Shown here: positions 1-9,725 of the stretch, piece by piece | Numbering within the stretch: the first letter of the stretch is position 1 | Layout of the letters: every line of letters starts with the position of its first letter | IMG/VR virus record: IMGVR_UViG_3300034063_000636 | Coordinates: 44,215-108,214 of that record | From: a virus | DNA length: 64,000 nt | Reading direction: 5' to 3' (one strand) | Position numbers and translations under genes: made by a program | Notes under the pieces: model-generated | The model's database searches: none | What the model was told of the DNA's origin: nothing | The model's input: only the letters and a program-made list of their open reading frames with translations

Positions 1-2
1 AG

Positions 3-2354
3 ACAGTGCCAATTTATGGTATTAATGGAATTGACACTGTTATAACACCACAACAAGCAACAGCACTTCTTCGAATTGATATTAACAACTCTATAAATCG
101 CGCTCGAAGTTCAATTAGCGATGGTGTTTGGAACGGATTAAACGTTGCTCAAAAAGCAGGTTTGGCGTTTCATGCGTATCACATCGGTCTTAATGTGGAT
201 TTTGAGAGAATCGGTGTTCGTTCTGCAATCACTTCTGGCGACCTCGTTAGAGCAGCTCAGTTAATCAGTTCCGATAAACTCAAATCTTCAACTGGGAAAT
301 ATCTGATCAGTGAAGATTCGCTGTCACATATTGCTGCTAATCTATTCAAATCAATTCCAAAGTCATCATTGGCTGAGCAAAGAAGAAATACTTTAACAAA
401 AAGAAATCCAATCTCAGCTGCAGGGGCTGGACTTGGTGTTCAAATTCACGAATCAGATTTATCTGCAGATTCAGATGCAAAATCTCTAAAGTATCCGCTT
501 CCAGAAGAGCAAGGCAAGCCTTCATTGAATGATTTTGCAACCTCATTAGAAAAGAGCGTTACACAAAAATTCCGAGAGCGATCTTCAATCATTGCAATTG
601 GAGCAAATGATCAATCATGGTCAGAACCTGCCTCTCCATACATAGCTGAATATCCATATAACAAGGCTATGGAAACAGAATCTGGTCATGTGTTCGAACT
701 TGATGATACTCCTGGAAGTGAGCGTGTTCATCTAGCGCATAGATCTGGAAGTTTTGTTGAATTTTATCCAAGTGGAACTAAAGTAGAAAAAGTCGTCAAG
801 AGTAATTATAGAATTGTTCTCAACGATGATTATCTTTATGTTGCAGGAAAGGTTAATATTGTCTTAGAATCTAACGCTCATATTAAAGTCGTTGGTGATT
901 GTTTCTTGCAAGTCGAGAATAATCTAGAGGCAAATGTGAGTGCAAATATGAATGTATCGGTTGGTGGCGCATTTAATATGCGAGCCAATACTCTGCACTT
1001 CGACATTGCAAATACATCGACAATCACTGCTAATAATCAATACATTTCAGTTGATGATAAACTTATTATAAATTCGAATACTTCTAACATATCAACTGCG
1101 AATGATTTCACTCTTTACTCTAAATCAAATCAATACTTCAACGTTGCGAATACGATTCATTATAGATCTGGAAACGTGGCGATCCAATCCTCTGGAAATA
1201 TCTCAATCAACAGTGTAGGAAATGGATACTTCACTTCAAGTAATGTTCTTCACCTAAAAGGAAGTTCAACTCGAGTCACTGGATCCTCTGTTGAGATTAA
1301 TGGATTGTTAAATGCTGGTGCGACCAATATGGAAGCGACAGGATATGATTCGAACGGGGATTCTCATGTTCTATCTGTAGCAGGCAGCGGAGGAATTGCT
1401 GCATTGATACCAGATCCTTCCTTAACTCGCATGCCTGCGATAGATGCAAATGGTATTGTTTACTTGTATCATGAAGATAAAACGAACAAGGATAGAATGA
1501 GAAGAAATAGCAGTGAAGAGCAATTTGTTCTAATCGAAATCGCTGATCAGTTCCAAATTAATGTAAATCAAGTGCAAGAAGTTGTAAATGCGACATCTTA
1601 TCTTGAGAAACCAATTAAATTAGGAACTCCAACTGATACACAAAAACATCTAGAACCAGATAGAATCTTTAGATTTAAAGACTCGATAACAGAAGAAAAC
1701 AATAAGTTATTAAGAGATTATCTTGCAAATCCTTATGCATATTCTTCACCATATTCAAACGTTAAGAGATTTATTGCACCACCATCAACTTCAGGCTCTG
1801 ATGTGATCTTTAATGATGTTGTGGGAGAGAGTTTGATTGTGATTAATGATGGTGCGGATATATCTGCTTGGCTGAGAAAACAATTAGTTCTCGCAGCAAA
1901 CGGTTATTGGAGAGAAACTGGTGTTGAAATTTCTGGTAGAATCGAACCGTCGAATCCAAATATCACTGATCTCTGGAGAAATCTCGGATTCTCTAGAGAA
2001 TTTTGGAATTTGAGCGATCAATCGAGATGGGCAATCGCATTCGTCAACTTCGGATTGAAACAGAATGGCTATCGATATGTTCAGACTCCAAATCCAAGAG
2101 ATCTTGAAATTCGAATCGATGATTATCGTTTCACTCGTGTTAAGCCATCAGATGCTCAGCCTGGAGATGTTGTTTTGTGGAATAATGACCATACCAACTT
2201 CGTTTATGAAAACATAAATGGATCTCTAACCTTTATCGGAGGATCTCAACCACCGTATAACGGTAATATCGGTGATGGTCGCATTGGTGACGTCTCTCTT
2301 GTCAGCAGCGGAGGTGCGCAAATTGTTGCAATTCTTCGTCCGTCTAAGACATAA
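3..2354 (+). CDS. gp5: Baseplate hub / tail lysozyme spike (T4 gp5-like), 5'-truncated, with C-terminal CHAP/NlpC-like extension
   Basis: Frame is open to the window edge. T4-lysozyme-like helix (ITPQQATALLRIDIN...WNGLNVAQKAGL); gp5 signature EYPYNKAMETESGHVFELDDTPGSER; beta-helix-type repeats; lies before gp25. Confidence 0.9.
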   Translation, partial: TVPIYGINGIDTVITPQQATALLRIDINNSINRARSSISDGVWNGLNVAQKAGLAFHAYHIGLNVDFERIGVRSAITSGDLVRAAQLISSDKLKSSTGKYLISEDSLSHIAANLFKSIPKSSLAEQRRNTLTKRNPISAAGAGLGVQIHESDLSADSDAKSLKYPLPEEQGKPSLNDFATSLEKSVTQKFRERSSIIAIGANDQSWSEPASPYIAEYPYNKAMETESGHVFELDDTPGSERVHLAHRSGSFVEFYPSGTKVEKVVKSNYRIVLNDDYLYVAGKVNIVLESNAHIKVVGDCFLQVENNLEANVSANMNVSVGGAFNMRANTLHFDIANTSTITANNQYISVDDKLIINSNTSNISTANDFTLYSKSNQYFNVANTIHYRSGNVAIQSSGNISINSVGNGYFTSSNVLHLKGSSTRVTGSSVEINGLLNAGATNMEATGYDSNGDSHVLSVAGSGGIAALIPDPSLTRMPAIDANGIVYLYHEDKTNKDRMRRNSSEEQFVLIEIADQFQINVNQVQEVVNATSYLEKPIKLGTPTDTQKHLEPDRIFRFKDSITEENNKLLRDYLANPYAYSSPYSNVKRFIAPPSTSGSDVIFNDVVGESLIVINDGADISAWLRKQLVLAANGYWRETGVEISGRIEPSNPNITDLWRNLGFSREFWNLSDQSRWAIAFVNFGLKQNGYRYVQTPNPRDLEIRIDDYRFTRVKPSDAQPGDVVLWNNDHTNFVYENINGSLTFIGGSQPPYNGNIGDGRIGDVSLVSSGGAQIVAILRPSKT

Positions 2355-2357
2355 ATA
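2351..2357 (+). promoter_or_regulatory. T4-type late promoter box (ATAAATA)
   Basis: ATAAATA overlapping the gp5 stop codon, upstream of a GAGG RBS and the gp25 start. Confidence 0.55.
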
Positions 2358-2377
2358 ATCATTTAGAGGACTCATAA

Positions 2378-2770
2378 ATGGCAAGAGCTGTTCGCGTTTA
2401 TTCTGATCTGGATCTAAAGTTCACAAAACATCCTGTGACTGGAGATGTTGCACTCAAATTAAACGAAAACGCCATTATTGCATCGGTTAAAAACATTGTA
2501 TTGACGAATAAAGGAGAACGTCGGTTTACTCCTTTATTTGGTTCCGATGTGTTTTCGCAGTTATTCGAACCTCTCGATGACATGACTGCTATGAACATTA
2601 GAGAAGAAATCCTCACAAGTATTACAAATTTTGAGCCAAGAGTAAAAGTAGATTATGTAAGTGTATCGCCTAATTTTGATGCAGATGGATTCGATGTTAC
2701 GATTCGATTCTACTTACTAAACTCTATAAGACCAGTCACAACGGCTATATTTTTGCAAAGGTTAAGATAA
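2378..2770 (+). CDS. gp25: Baseplate wedge subunit gp25
   Basis: YSDLDL...AIIASVKNIVLTNKGERRFTPLFGS...ITNFEPRV motifs; 130 aa; synteny. Confidence 0.92.
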   Translation: MARAVRVYSDLDLKFTKHPVTGDVALKLNENAIIASVKNIVLTNKGERRFTPLFGSDVFSQLFEPLDDMTAMNIREEILTSITNFEPRVKVDYVSVSPNFDADGFDVTIRFYLLNSIRPVTTAIFLQRLR

Positions 2771-2771
2771 C

Positions 2772-4847
2772 ATGGCAAATGTCGAAAGTAAACTCGTTAT
2801 TTCAGAACCAGATTTCTTTACAATAAAGGCGAGTCTCAAGAACTTTTTGAAGTCTCAGAGTACGTTTGCAGATTACGACTTTGAGGGATCAACTTTATCT
2901 CAATTGATCGATCTATTGTCATATAATACTCATTACCTATCATTCTATATGAATATGATTGCAAATGAGTCGTTTTTAGATACCGCCGCACTGAGAGACT
3001 CTGTTGTTTCTCATGCGAAGATGTTAGGATACACTCCTTCTTCCATTCGCAGTGCTCAAGCAAAAATCGATTTAAGTTTCACATTGGCAAATAATCCTGG
3101 AGTTGGATCCATCACTTCGCTAACTCTTCCGAAGTTCACACGATTTGCATCATCAGCAATTGATGGCGTCAATTATATCTTCACAAATTTAGATGAAGTC
3201 ACTGTAACTAAATCAAATAATGCATTTACCTTTGCAGATCTAGAGATTTATGAAGGCAATCCTGTTTCTCAGGTTTTTGTATACAATGAGCTGATCAATC
3301 CTCTTCAAGAATTTAAACTTCTAGATCAAAACATTGACACGTCAACTCTTGAAGTGATTGTGCAAAATTCAAGTTTAGATTTAACACAAGAAACATATAC
3401 TCTTGCAACAGATTCAACAATCTTATCTCAAACAAGTAAAGTTTATTTCCTAGACGAAATCACTAATGGAAATTATAAGATTTATTTTGGAGATGATATT
3501 CTTGGAAAGAAACTTTCTGATGGAAATATCGTTATTGTTTCTTATGTCGTAAGTAAAGGCGCAGAAGCAAATAAAGCAAAAGGATTTAGATTGATGGATT
3601 CTGTTGGTGGCTTAACTGAAGGCACCATCGTCGTTGATCAAATTGCTTTGGGCGGTGCCGCTGCAGAGTCAATCGAGAAGATTAAAAATATCGCACCAAA
3701 ATCATATGCCTCAAATGGCAGAGCGATAACTAAGAACGATTATATTGCATTGATTCAACAAAGATACCCTGCATTCGAATCAGTAAACGTTTGGGGTGGT
3801 GAAGAAAATATTCCTCCAGTTTATGGTAAAGTGTTTGTTTCAGCTAAACCTGCAGCTGGATACGAAATTTCTAGAACAGAAAAAGACTATATCATTAATA
3901 CAGTTATTGATCCAATTAGTATTTTGACAGTGACGCCTGAGTTCGTTGATCCAGATTATAACTTCTTAAATTTAAATGTAAAAGTTACATATGATCCGAC
4001 TGCAACGACTTTAACTCCAGGCGAACTCTCAACTCTTGTTCGTGATAAAATTAATGGATATGCAAATACCTACTTGGATCAATTCAATTCATACTTTAAG
4101 ATCTCAAGATTAATGCATGAAATTGACATGGCACATCCATCAATTGTAAGTAATGATGTTGACGTTAAGATCGAAAAACGACTAACACCAATACTTGGTA
4201 CATCTAGAAGTTACGTCATCAAATACTACACTGAATTAAAACGTTCAACAGGTGCTGATAGAATCAGTTCAAGCCCTGCATATACTGCATATGACAACGA
4301 AGGCATCTTGCGCGAATTCTACTTTGAAGAAGTTCCATTGTCTTCTACTGGTGTCTCTTCAGTTCAAGTTGTTCTTGGTGGTTCTGGATTAACAACCACG
4401 CCAAGACTTGACGTTATTGGTGATGGTATCGGTGCTGAACTTGAGGCTATTGTAACAAACGGAAAGATTACAGCAGTCAATGTTAAAAAGCCTGGTGCGG
4501 ATTATACGACTGCAGCAATTAGAGCATATGATCAAGATAATAATTTATTGACAAATATTATCTTAAAACCAATCGTGGAAAACACGACTGGCAGATTAAG
4601 ATCTTACTATTTCGATAATAATAACATCAAAGTGATTTATTCTGATTCTGCAGGTGTGATCGACTATATTACTGGAACAATTACTCTTACGCAATTTAGC
4701 CCAATCGATGTTAGAGATAATTTTAAAATCTTGAAGTTCTATGCAACCCCAAAGAACACTCTGTTTAATTCTGCTCGAAATACAATCATTACACTAGACA
4801 TTGACAATCAATCTCAAGTTTCAATTGATATTGTTAAAGTAACCTAA
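2772..4847 (+). CDS. gp6: Baseplate wedge subunit gp6
   Basis: DYDFEGSTLSQLIDLLSYNTHY, ANESFLDTA.LRDSVVSHAKMLGY and RAITKNDY...VWGGE motifs. Confidence 0.93.
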   Translation: MANVESKLVISEPDFFTIKASLKNFLKSQSTFADYDFEGSTLSQLIDLLSYNTHYLSFYMNMIANESFLDTAALRDSVVSHAKMLGYTPSSIRSAQAKIDLSFTLANNPGVGSITSLTLPKFTRFASSAIDGVNYIFTNLDEVTVTKSNNAFTFADLEIYEGNPVSQVFVYNELINPLQEFKLLDQNIDTSTLEVIVQNSSLDLTQETYTLATDSTILSQTSKVYFLDEITNGNYKIYFGDDILGKKLSDGNIVIVSYVVSKGAEANKAKGFRLMDSVGGLTEGTIVVDQIALGGAAAESIEKIKNIAPKSYASNGRAITKNDYIALIQQRYPAFESVNVWGGEENIPPVYGKVFVSAKPAAGYEISRTEKDYIINTVIDPISILTVTPEFVDPDYNFLNLNVKVTYDPTATTLTPGELSTLVRDKINGYANTYLDQFNSYFKISRLMHEIDMAHPSIVSNDVDVKIEKRLTPILGTSRSYVIKYYTELKRSTGADRISSSPAYTAYDNEGILREFYFEEVPLSSTGVSSVQVVLGGSGLTTTPRLDVIGDGIGAELEAIVTNGKITAVNVKKPGADYTTAAIRAYDQDNNLLTNIILKPIVENTTGRLRSYYFDNNNIKVIYSDSAGVIDYITGTITLTQFSPIDVRDNFKILKFYATPKNTLFNSARNTIITLDIDNQSQVSIDIVKVT

Positions 4848-4848
4848 T

Positions 4849-7800
4849 ATGTCGACATTGAATAAAGTATCAACGTTAATTGAGTCTCAACTTCCTGAGT
4901 TTATTCGCTCAGAGTTTCCCACATTTGTTGAGTTTCTACAAAAATATTATGAGTTCTTAGAGCAACCTGGAAATCCTACTTATGAAATTAAGTTATTCCA
5001 ACAAAATCATGATGTTGATTTAACTCGTGAGAGTTTGCTTTCTTATTTCAGAACAAAAGTTCTTCCTTCATTTCCAGAAGAATCTCAATTAAGCACAGAA
5101 AGAATTATTAAAAGTGCAAGAGATTTCTATGCTAAAAAAGGAACTCCTGACTCTTTTAAGTTTCTATTCCATGTTTTATATGATAAAGATCTAGAAATCT
5201 TTTTCCCAAAACTTCAGATTTTTAGAGCATCTGACGGTAAGTGGGTATTACCTCAAGCATTCCGACTAACAATATCTCCTGGCAACCAATCAGTTGATTT
5301 GAATGCATTGAAAAATAGAAAAGGTATTGGCACAATATCTCGCGCAACTTGCATCATTGAAAGAGTTTATAGATCATATGATGCTGGCACAAATACTGAA
5401 ATTTATGAGGCTTATGTTTCTGGCGTTACAAGACCATTCGTAAACGGTGAGACATTAGATATTGAATATGTTGATACTAATGGAACAAAATTAGTTTTCA
5501 CTGAAACGATTATCGGCAGTTTGTCAAATGTTCGTATTAATCCTCGAAAGAGAGGCAGAAGATATGTTACTGGCGATCCTGTCGTAATTTACGGTGGATT
5601 GGATCCTGGTCTCACATCAAGACAAAAAGCAGTTGCATATGTTAATAACGTAACGAGCGCAAGTATTGACTCAACAACCATTGTTCGAAGAGGTTATGGT
5701 TTTAGAATCGCTCCGAATAGTTACGTTGATATTATCACTAAAAATACATCGTCTGGCGTTTATGATGGTACAGGAAACGGTTCTGGTGGTAACATTGTTG
5801 TCAGCGTCATTGACACAACATCGCCAAATGCTAACATACAACTCAGCTGGGGATTAGATGCTATTCTTCTTTCTGCTAACTTGACATTGAACGTTGCATA
5901 CGATTTACCAAACACAAATCCAGATACAACGTTCTTGGTCACGCCAGCTGGAACAACGCAAACAACTGTCAACATTGCGAATGCTCCAACAGTAAGTTCC
6001 ACAAACGACTATTATAATAGTACGATACTTCGAATTCTTTCTGGAACAGCATCAAATGGATTTGGAGCAAATATCAATACTGTTGTAATCTCAGACTACT
6101 ATGGTTCAAACACCATGGCTATTCTGAATGCAAACACTCCAATCGAAGGCACTGTGAATATTTCTGGTGTTGAGGTTGTTGGCAATACAACATATCCAAA
6201 TCTCACCAATTTTATTGGTGGCACACCAGGATTTTATAATTACCTGTACTCTGGAAAGACCATTGAAATTAACGGTGAAGAAAGAGTGATTGATGTTGTC
6301 ACAAATGCGAATCACTTAACAGTGACTTCTGCTTTCTCGGGTAGCGCAACGAATAAGAAATTGAATGCAAATTCAATTCTCACAACCACACCAGATGTAA
6401 CAAGTCTAGTTCAAATCAATTCTCTTGGCGATACGAAACTATACAATTCACTTGCGTTTGAAACATTTAATGTCAATCCAATATTGACTACAGCAATTAT
6501 TTCTGGTGGTGCAGATTTCGATAGCGAACCACCAGCGTCATTAAATGTAGTTGCAACGTATGAAACAGACTATTCATCTGATGGATTTATTACGATTAAT
6601 CCAGGAAGTTTCAGCACGTACAATCCAGTAAATGCTTCAATCAAATTAAGTGGTTCTGGATTCTCAACAACTGATGACTGGTATAACGGAAGAAGATTGC
6701 TTCTTGAAAGTCAATATAGAACCATCATTGATTATGATGGTGCTTCGAAAACTGCTTTCTTAGATAGACAGTTTGAGACGAATATTAATCAGATAAACAT
6801 CTTGACAAAAACCATTAGAATGGATAATCGTCCAATCATTCTCGGGATGGGAATTCTTGCCAACGTTGAGGTCATCAATGGTGGAACTGGTTATGCAGTC
6901 AACGATGTATTAAATTTCACTGGAACTGGAGTTGGTGCTGCTGGTCGCGTTTCTGCAGTGAGTGGTGGATTCATCACGGCTATTGAATTGACAAATCGCG
7001 GTGAGGGATATCCTATTGCTCCTAATGTTACAGTAAATGGATCTGGAACTGGTGCAATTTTAAAAGCATATTTGTTAGGTGATGGTGAAGACATCACTCC
7101 AACTGCGACGACTCTCGGAGAAATTATCGACTTTAAACTTACAAGTCGCGGCGCAGGATATATCTCAACACCAAACGTTTCCCTTAAGATTTACGATCTC
7201 TATCTTGATCCATCAAGCAACACAACGAATGTTGCCGAGATTCTCGAAAATGATGTTGTGTATCAAGGAACGCCAAGCGCCAAGACATTCACGGGAATTG
7301 TTGACGGGCAATGGGGATCAAATAATTTCCTTCGCGTTTATAACTACTCTGGCGCACCAGCAAATGGACAGTTGGTTGTAACAAGAGCAAATATCACTGG
7401 AAACCTTGTGAATGTTCACAATACTGGAATTAATGTTACGGCTACCGTGTTTAATGGAGTAAGTTATCCAAAAACATACGGAAATGCGAAAGCGAAAGCG
7501 AATGCAGAATTCTTGCAAGGACTGATCCGATACAACGGATATTATCTAAACAGTGACGGATTTATCAGTTCTGATAAGAGACTTCAGGATAAAGAAAGGT
7601 ATCACAACTTCTCATATGAACTTGTTTCTGAAGAAAGTTTTGACACATACAAGAAAACCATTCTAGATGTGGCTCACCCTGCAGGAACTAGACTGCTTCC
7701 AACGCACGTCATCCCAGAAGATTATAATCTAGAATTTGAATCAGATATTAGTGCTCATGAAGTTGTACTAACAACGAACAATTTAATCGATAATTGCTCT

Positions 7801-8292
7801 GTTGCATTTGAATCGAATAACGTGATCAGTGGAGACGGAACGTTTGACACTGTTGCAAATGTGAATGATATCATTGTCATTAATTCTGCAAACACCTTCC
7901 GCGCATTCTCCAAGATTATTACTGGAATCTCTAATAATTACTCACTAAATATTGAAAGTCCTTGCATTCTTGTGGGAGAAGGTAAGGCGAAAATCAACAG
8001 CGGAAATGCAGTTGTTCAAATTGCTGGAAATACGAATCCGATCGCTCGATTTATATCGACTGGCGATCGAATTATGATCAGTGTTGATGGAAACTTACTC
8101 ACGAAAACAATTAATAGCATTTCTGGTAATGCGATCACATTGAATAGCAATACTGGAATCACTAATACAACAAACCTTACGATCGACACATCAAATCCAA
8201 GAAACTATGGAAATCCAAATGTGCCAGCCATTGTATACTATGTTGTTCCGTCATTCAGTAATGTCGCATATGAGATCGTAAGGACGACATGA
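4849..8292 (+). CDS. gp7: Baseplate wedge initiator (gp7-like) with inserted beta-rich domains
   Basis: QLPEFI...FYAKKGTPDSFKFLF near the N-terminus and YHNFSYEL...HPAG near the C-terminus; sits between gp6 and gp8. Confidence 0.75.
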   Translation: MSTLNKVSTLIESQLPEFIRSEFPTFVEFLQKYYEFLEQPGNPTYEIKLFQQNHDVDLTRESLLSYFRTKVLPSFPEESQLSTERIIKSARDFYAKKGTPDSFKFLFHVLYDKDLEIFFPKLQIFRASDGKWVLPQAFRLTISPGNQSVDLNALKNRKGIGTISRATCIIERVYRSYDAGTNTEIYEAYVSGVTRPFVNGETLDIEYVDTNGTKLVFTETIIGSLSNVRINPRKRGRRYVTGDPVVIYGGLDPGLTSRQKAVAYVNNVTSASIDSTTIVRRGYGFRIAPNSYVDIITKNTSSGVYDGTGNGSGGNIVVSVIDTTSPNANIQLSWGLDAILLSANLTLNVAYDLPNTNPDTTFLVTPAGTTQTTVNIANAPTVSSTNDYYNSTILRILSGTASNGFGANINTVVISDYYGSNTMAILNANTPIEGTVNISGVEVVGNTTYPNLTNFIGGTPGFYNYLYSGKTIEINGEERVIDVVTNANHLTVTSAFSGSATNKKLNANSILTTTPDVTSLVQINSLGDTKLYNSLAFETFNVNPILTTAIISGGADFDSEPPASLNVVATYETDYSSDGFITINPGSFSTYNPVNASIKLSGSGFSTTDDWYNGRRLLLESQYRTIIDYDGASKTAFLDRQFETNINQINILTKTIRMDNRPIILGMGILANVEVINGGTGYAVNDVLNFTGTGVGAAGRVSAVSGGFITAIELTNRGEGYPIAPNVTVNGSGTGAILKAYLLGDGEDITPTATTLGEIIDFKLTSRGAGYISTPNVSLKIYDLYLDPSSNTTNVAEILENDVVYQGTPSAKTFTGIVDGQWGSNNFLRVYNYSGAPANGQLVVTRANITGNLVNVHNTGINVTATVFNGVSYPKTYGNAKAKANAEFLQGLIRYNGYYLNSDGFISSDKRLQDKERYHNFSYELVSEESFDTYKKTILDVAHPAGTRLLPTHVIPEDYNLEFESDISAHEVVLTTNNLIDNCSVAFESNNVISGDGTFDTVANVNDIIVINSANTFRAFSKIITGISNNYSLNIESPCILVGEGKAKINSGNAVVQIAGNTNPIARFISTGDRIMISVDGNLLTKTINSISGNAITLNSNTGITNTTNLTIDTSNPRNYGNPNVPAIVYYVVPSFSNVAYEIVRTT

Positions 8293-8301
8293 GGACCTAA
8301 T

Positions 8302-9714
8302 ATGTCATCACTATTCACTCGAAACTTTGGAACGTTTGCAGCAACTTGCTTTGAGAATTTTATTGCAAGTAACTATGCTTATTTGTACATAACAATTGGT
8401 CGTCCACAAGAATGGGCGAACACTTCAAACTCATCTATTCTAGATGACATCACTGTTCCAAGTCCAGTTGAATCGTCAAATGCGTTCTACAATCTCTGGA
8501 ACGATATGATCGGTATGAAGAGAATCACTTCAGCCGATATGAATCTAGTTGTTCCTCGTGTTGACTGGTCTAACGGAACAACATACGTTGAGTACACACA
8601 AGATCTAAATCTATTCGCAAAAGCCAACACAGCAAACATCGCATATGATAATAAGTTCTATGCAAGAAATACGAAAGATCAGGTGTTCAAGTGTTTGTTT
8701 AATAACGGAAACATTGCCTCCACGATTATGCCAGACATTGATCTTGGTGGCCAGCTCCCTGAGAACCCATATATTGAAACTTCCGATGGATATAAGTGGA
8801 AATATATGTACACGATTCCATATGGATTGAAGAAGAAGTTTTTTACGAACGATTATATGCCAATCTATGTTGAGAGTAACGTGGCTGGAAGTGCTGATAA
8901 CGGTCGACTTGATATTCTTAAGATTATTACAAGTGGCGCTGGATTTAACGCAAATAATAACAACAACTTCCTAAACATCGTAACTGTAAATGGCGACGGA
9001 ACAGACGCCAATATTCGTGTAAATGTCTTTTCAACCGCTGCAAACGGTGGAAATATCACAGGATATACCGTCATCTCTGGTGGTAACAACTACACCAGAG
9101 CATCTATTTCTCTTATCGACCCAAACAAGACTCCTGGAACTGCAAACGCGAATCTAATCGCAATTATCGGTCCTCCAGGTGGACATGGATCTAACGTCGC
9201 AAGCGAACTCGGAGCTTCTGCTCTCATGATCAGCGCAACAATTGAGGGAAATGAGAACGAAACTCTTCCTGCAGTTTCAGGTGGTCAGAATAGATATAGA
9301 CAAATCTCTGTTCTGAAGAATCCTCAACTCACCTCAAATACTGTAGCGACAGGAACGGTTTATAGAACGACAACTAAATATTTCTTAGCAAGTCAGGTCG
9401 GAAGTTTCCAAAATAGAGAGATTGTTTACTCTGGGTCTACTTTGGCAAATGCGAATCTAACTGCTGTCGTTGATCATTTTGACGGTGCTAACTCTGCAAT
9501 ATTTGTGAATAATATCGTAAACACTGCAAATATCAATGTGAGCAACTCGTTCTCAATTACTGGAGCAAATTCTGGAGCAACAGCAACTGTGACTGCACTA
9601 GAAGGAACTACGGTTAAATTGTATTCTGGACAATTGCTCTACGTTCAGAATAGTGCATATATTACTCGAGATCCAACAGAACACCAGCAATTTAAAATTG
9701 TATTAAGGTTTTAG
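8302..9714 (+). CDS. gp8: Baseplate wedge subunit gp8
   Basis: YITIGRPQEW, VVPRVDWSNG, VFKCLFN, DGYKWKYMYTI and PPGGHG motifs. Confidence 0.9.
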   Translation: MSSLFTRNFGTFAATCFENFIASNYAYLYITIGRPQEWANTSNSSILDDITVPSPVESSNAFYNLWNDMIGMKRITSADMNLVVPRVDWSNGTTYVEYTQDLNLFAKANTANIAYDNKFYARNTKDQVFKCLFNNGNIASTIMPDIDLGGQLPENPYIETSDGYKWKYMYTIPYGLKKKFFTNDYMPIYVESNVAGSADNGRLDILKIITSGAGFNANNNNNFLNIVTVNGDGTDANIRVNVFSTAANGGNITGYTVISGGNNYTRASISLIDPNKTPGTANANLIAIIGPPGGHGSNVASELGASALMISATIEGNENETLPAVSGGQNRYRQISVLKNPQLTSNTVATGTVYRTTTKYFLASQVGSFQNREIVYSGSTLANANLTAVVDHFDGANSAIFVNNIVNTANINVSNSFSITGANSGATATVTALEGTTVKLYSGQLLYVQNSAYITRDPTEHQQFKIVLRF

Positions 9715-9725
9715 GAATATAACTC

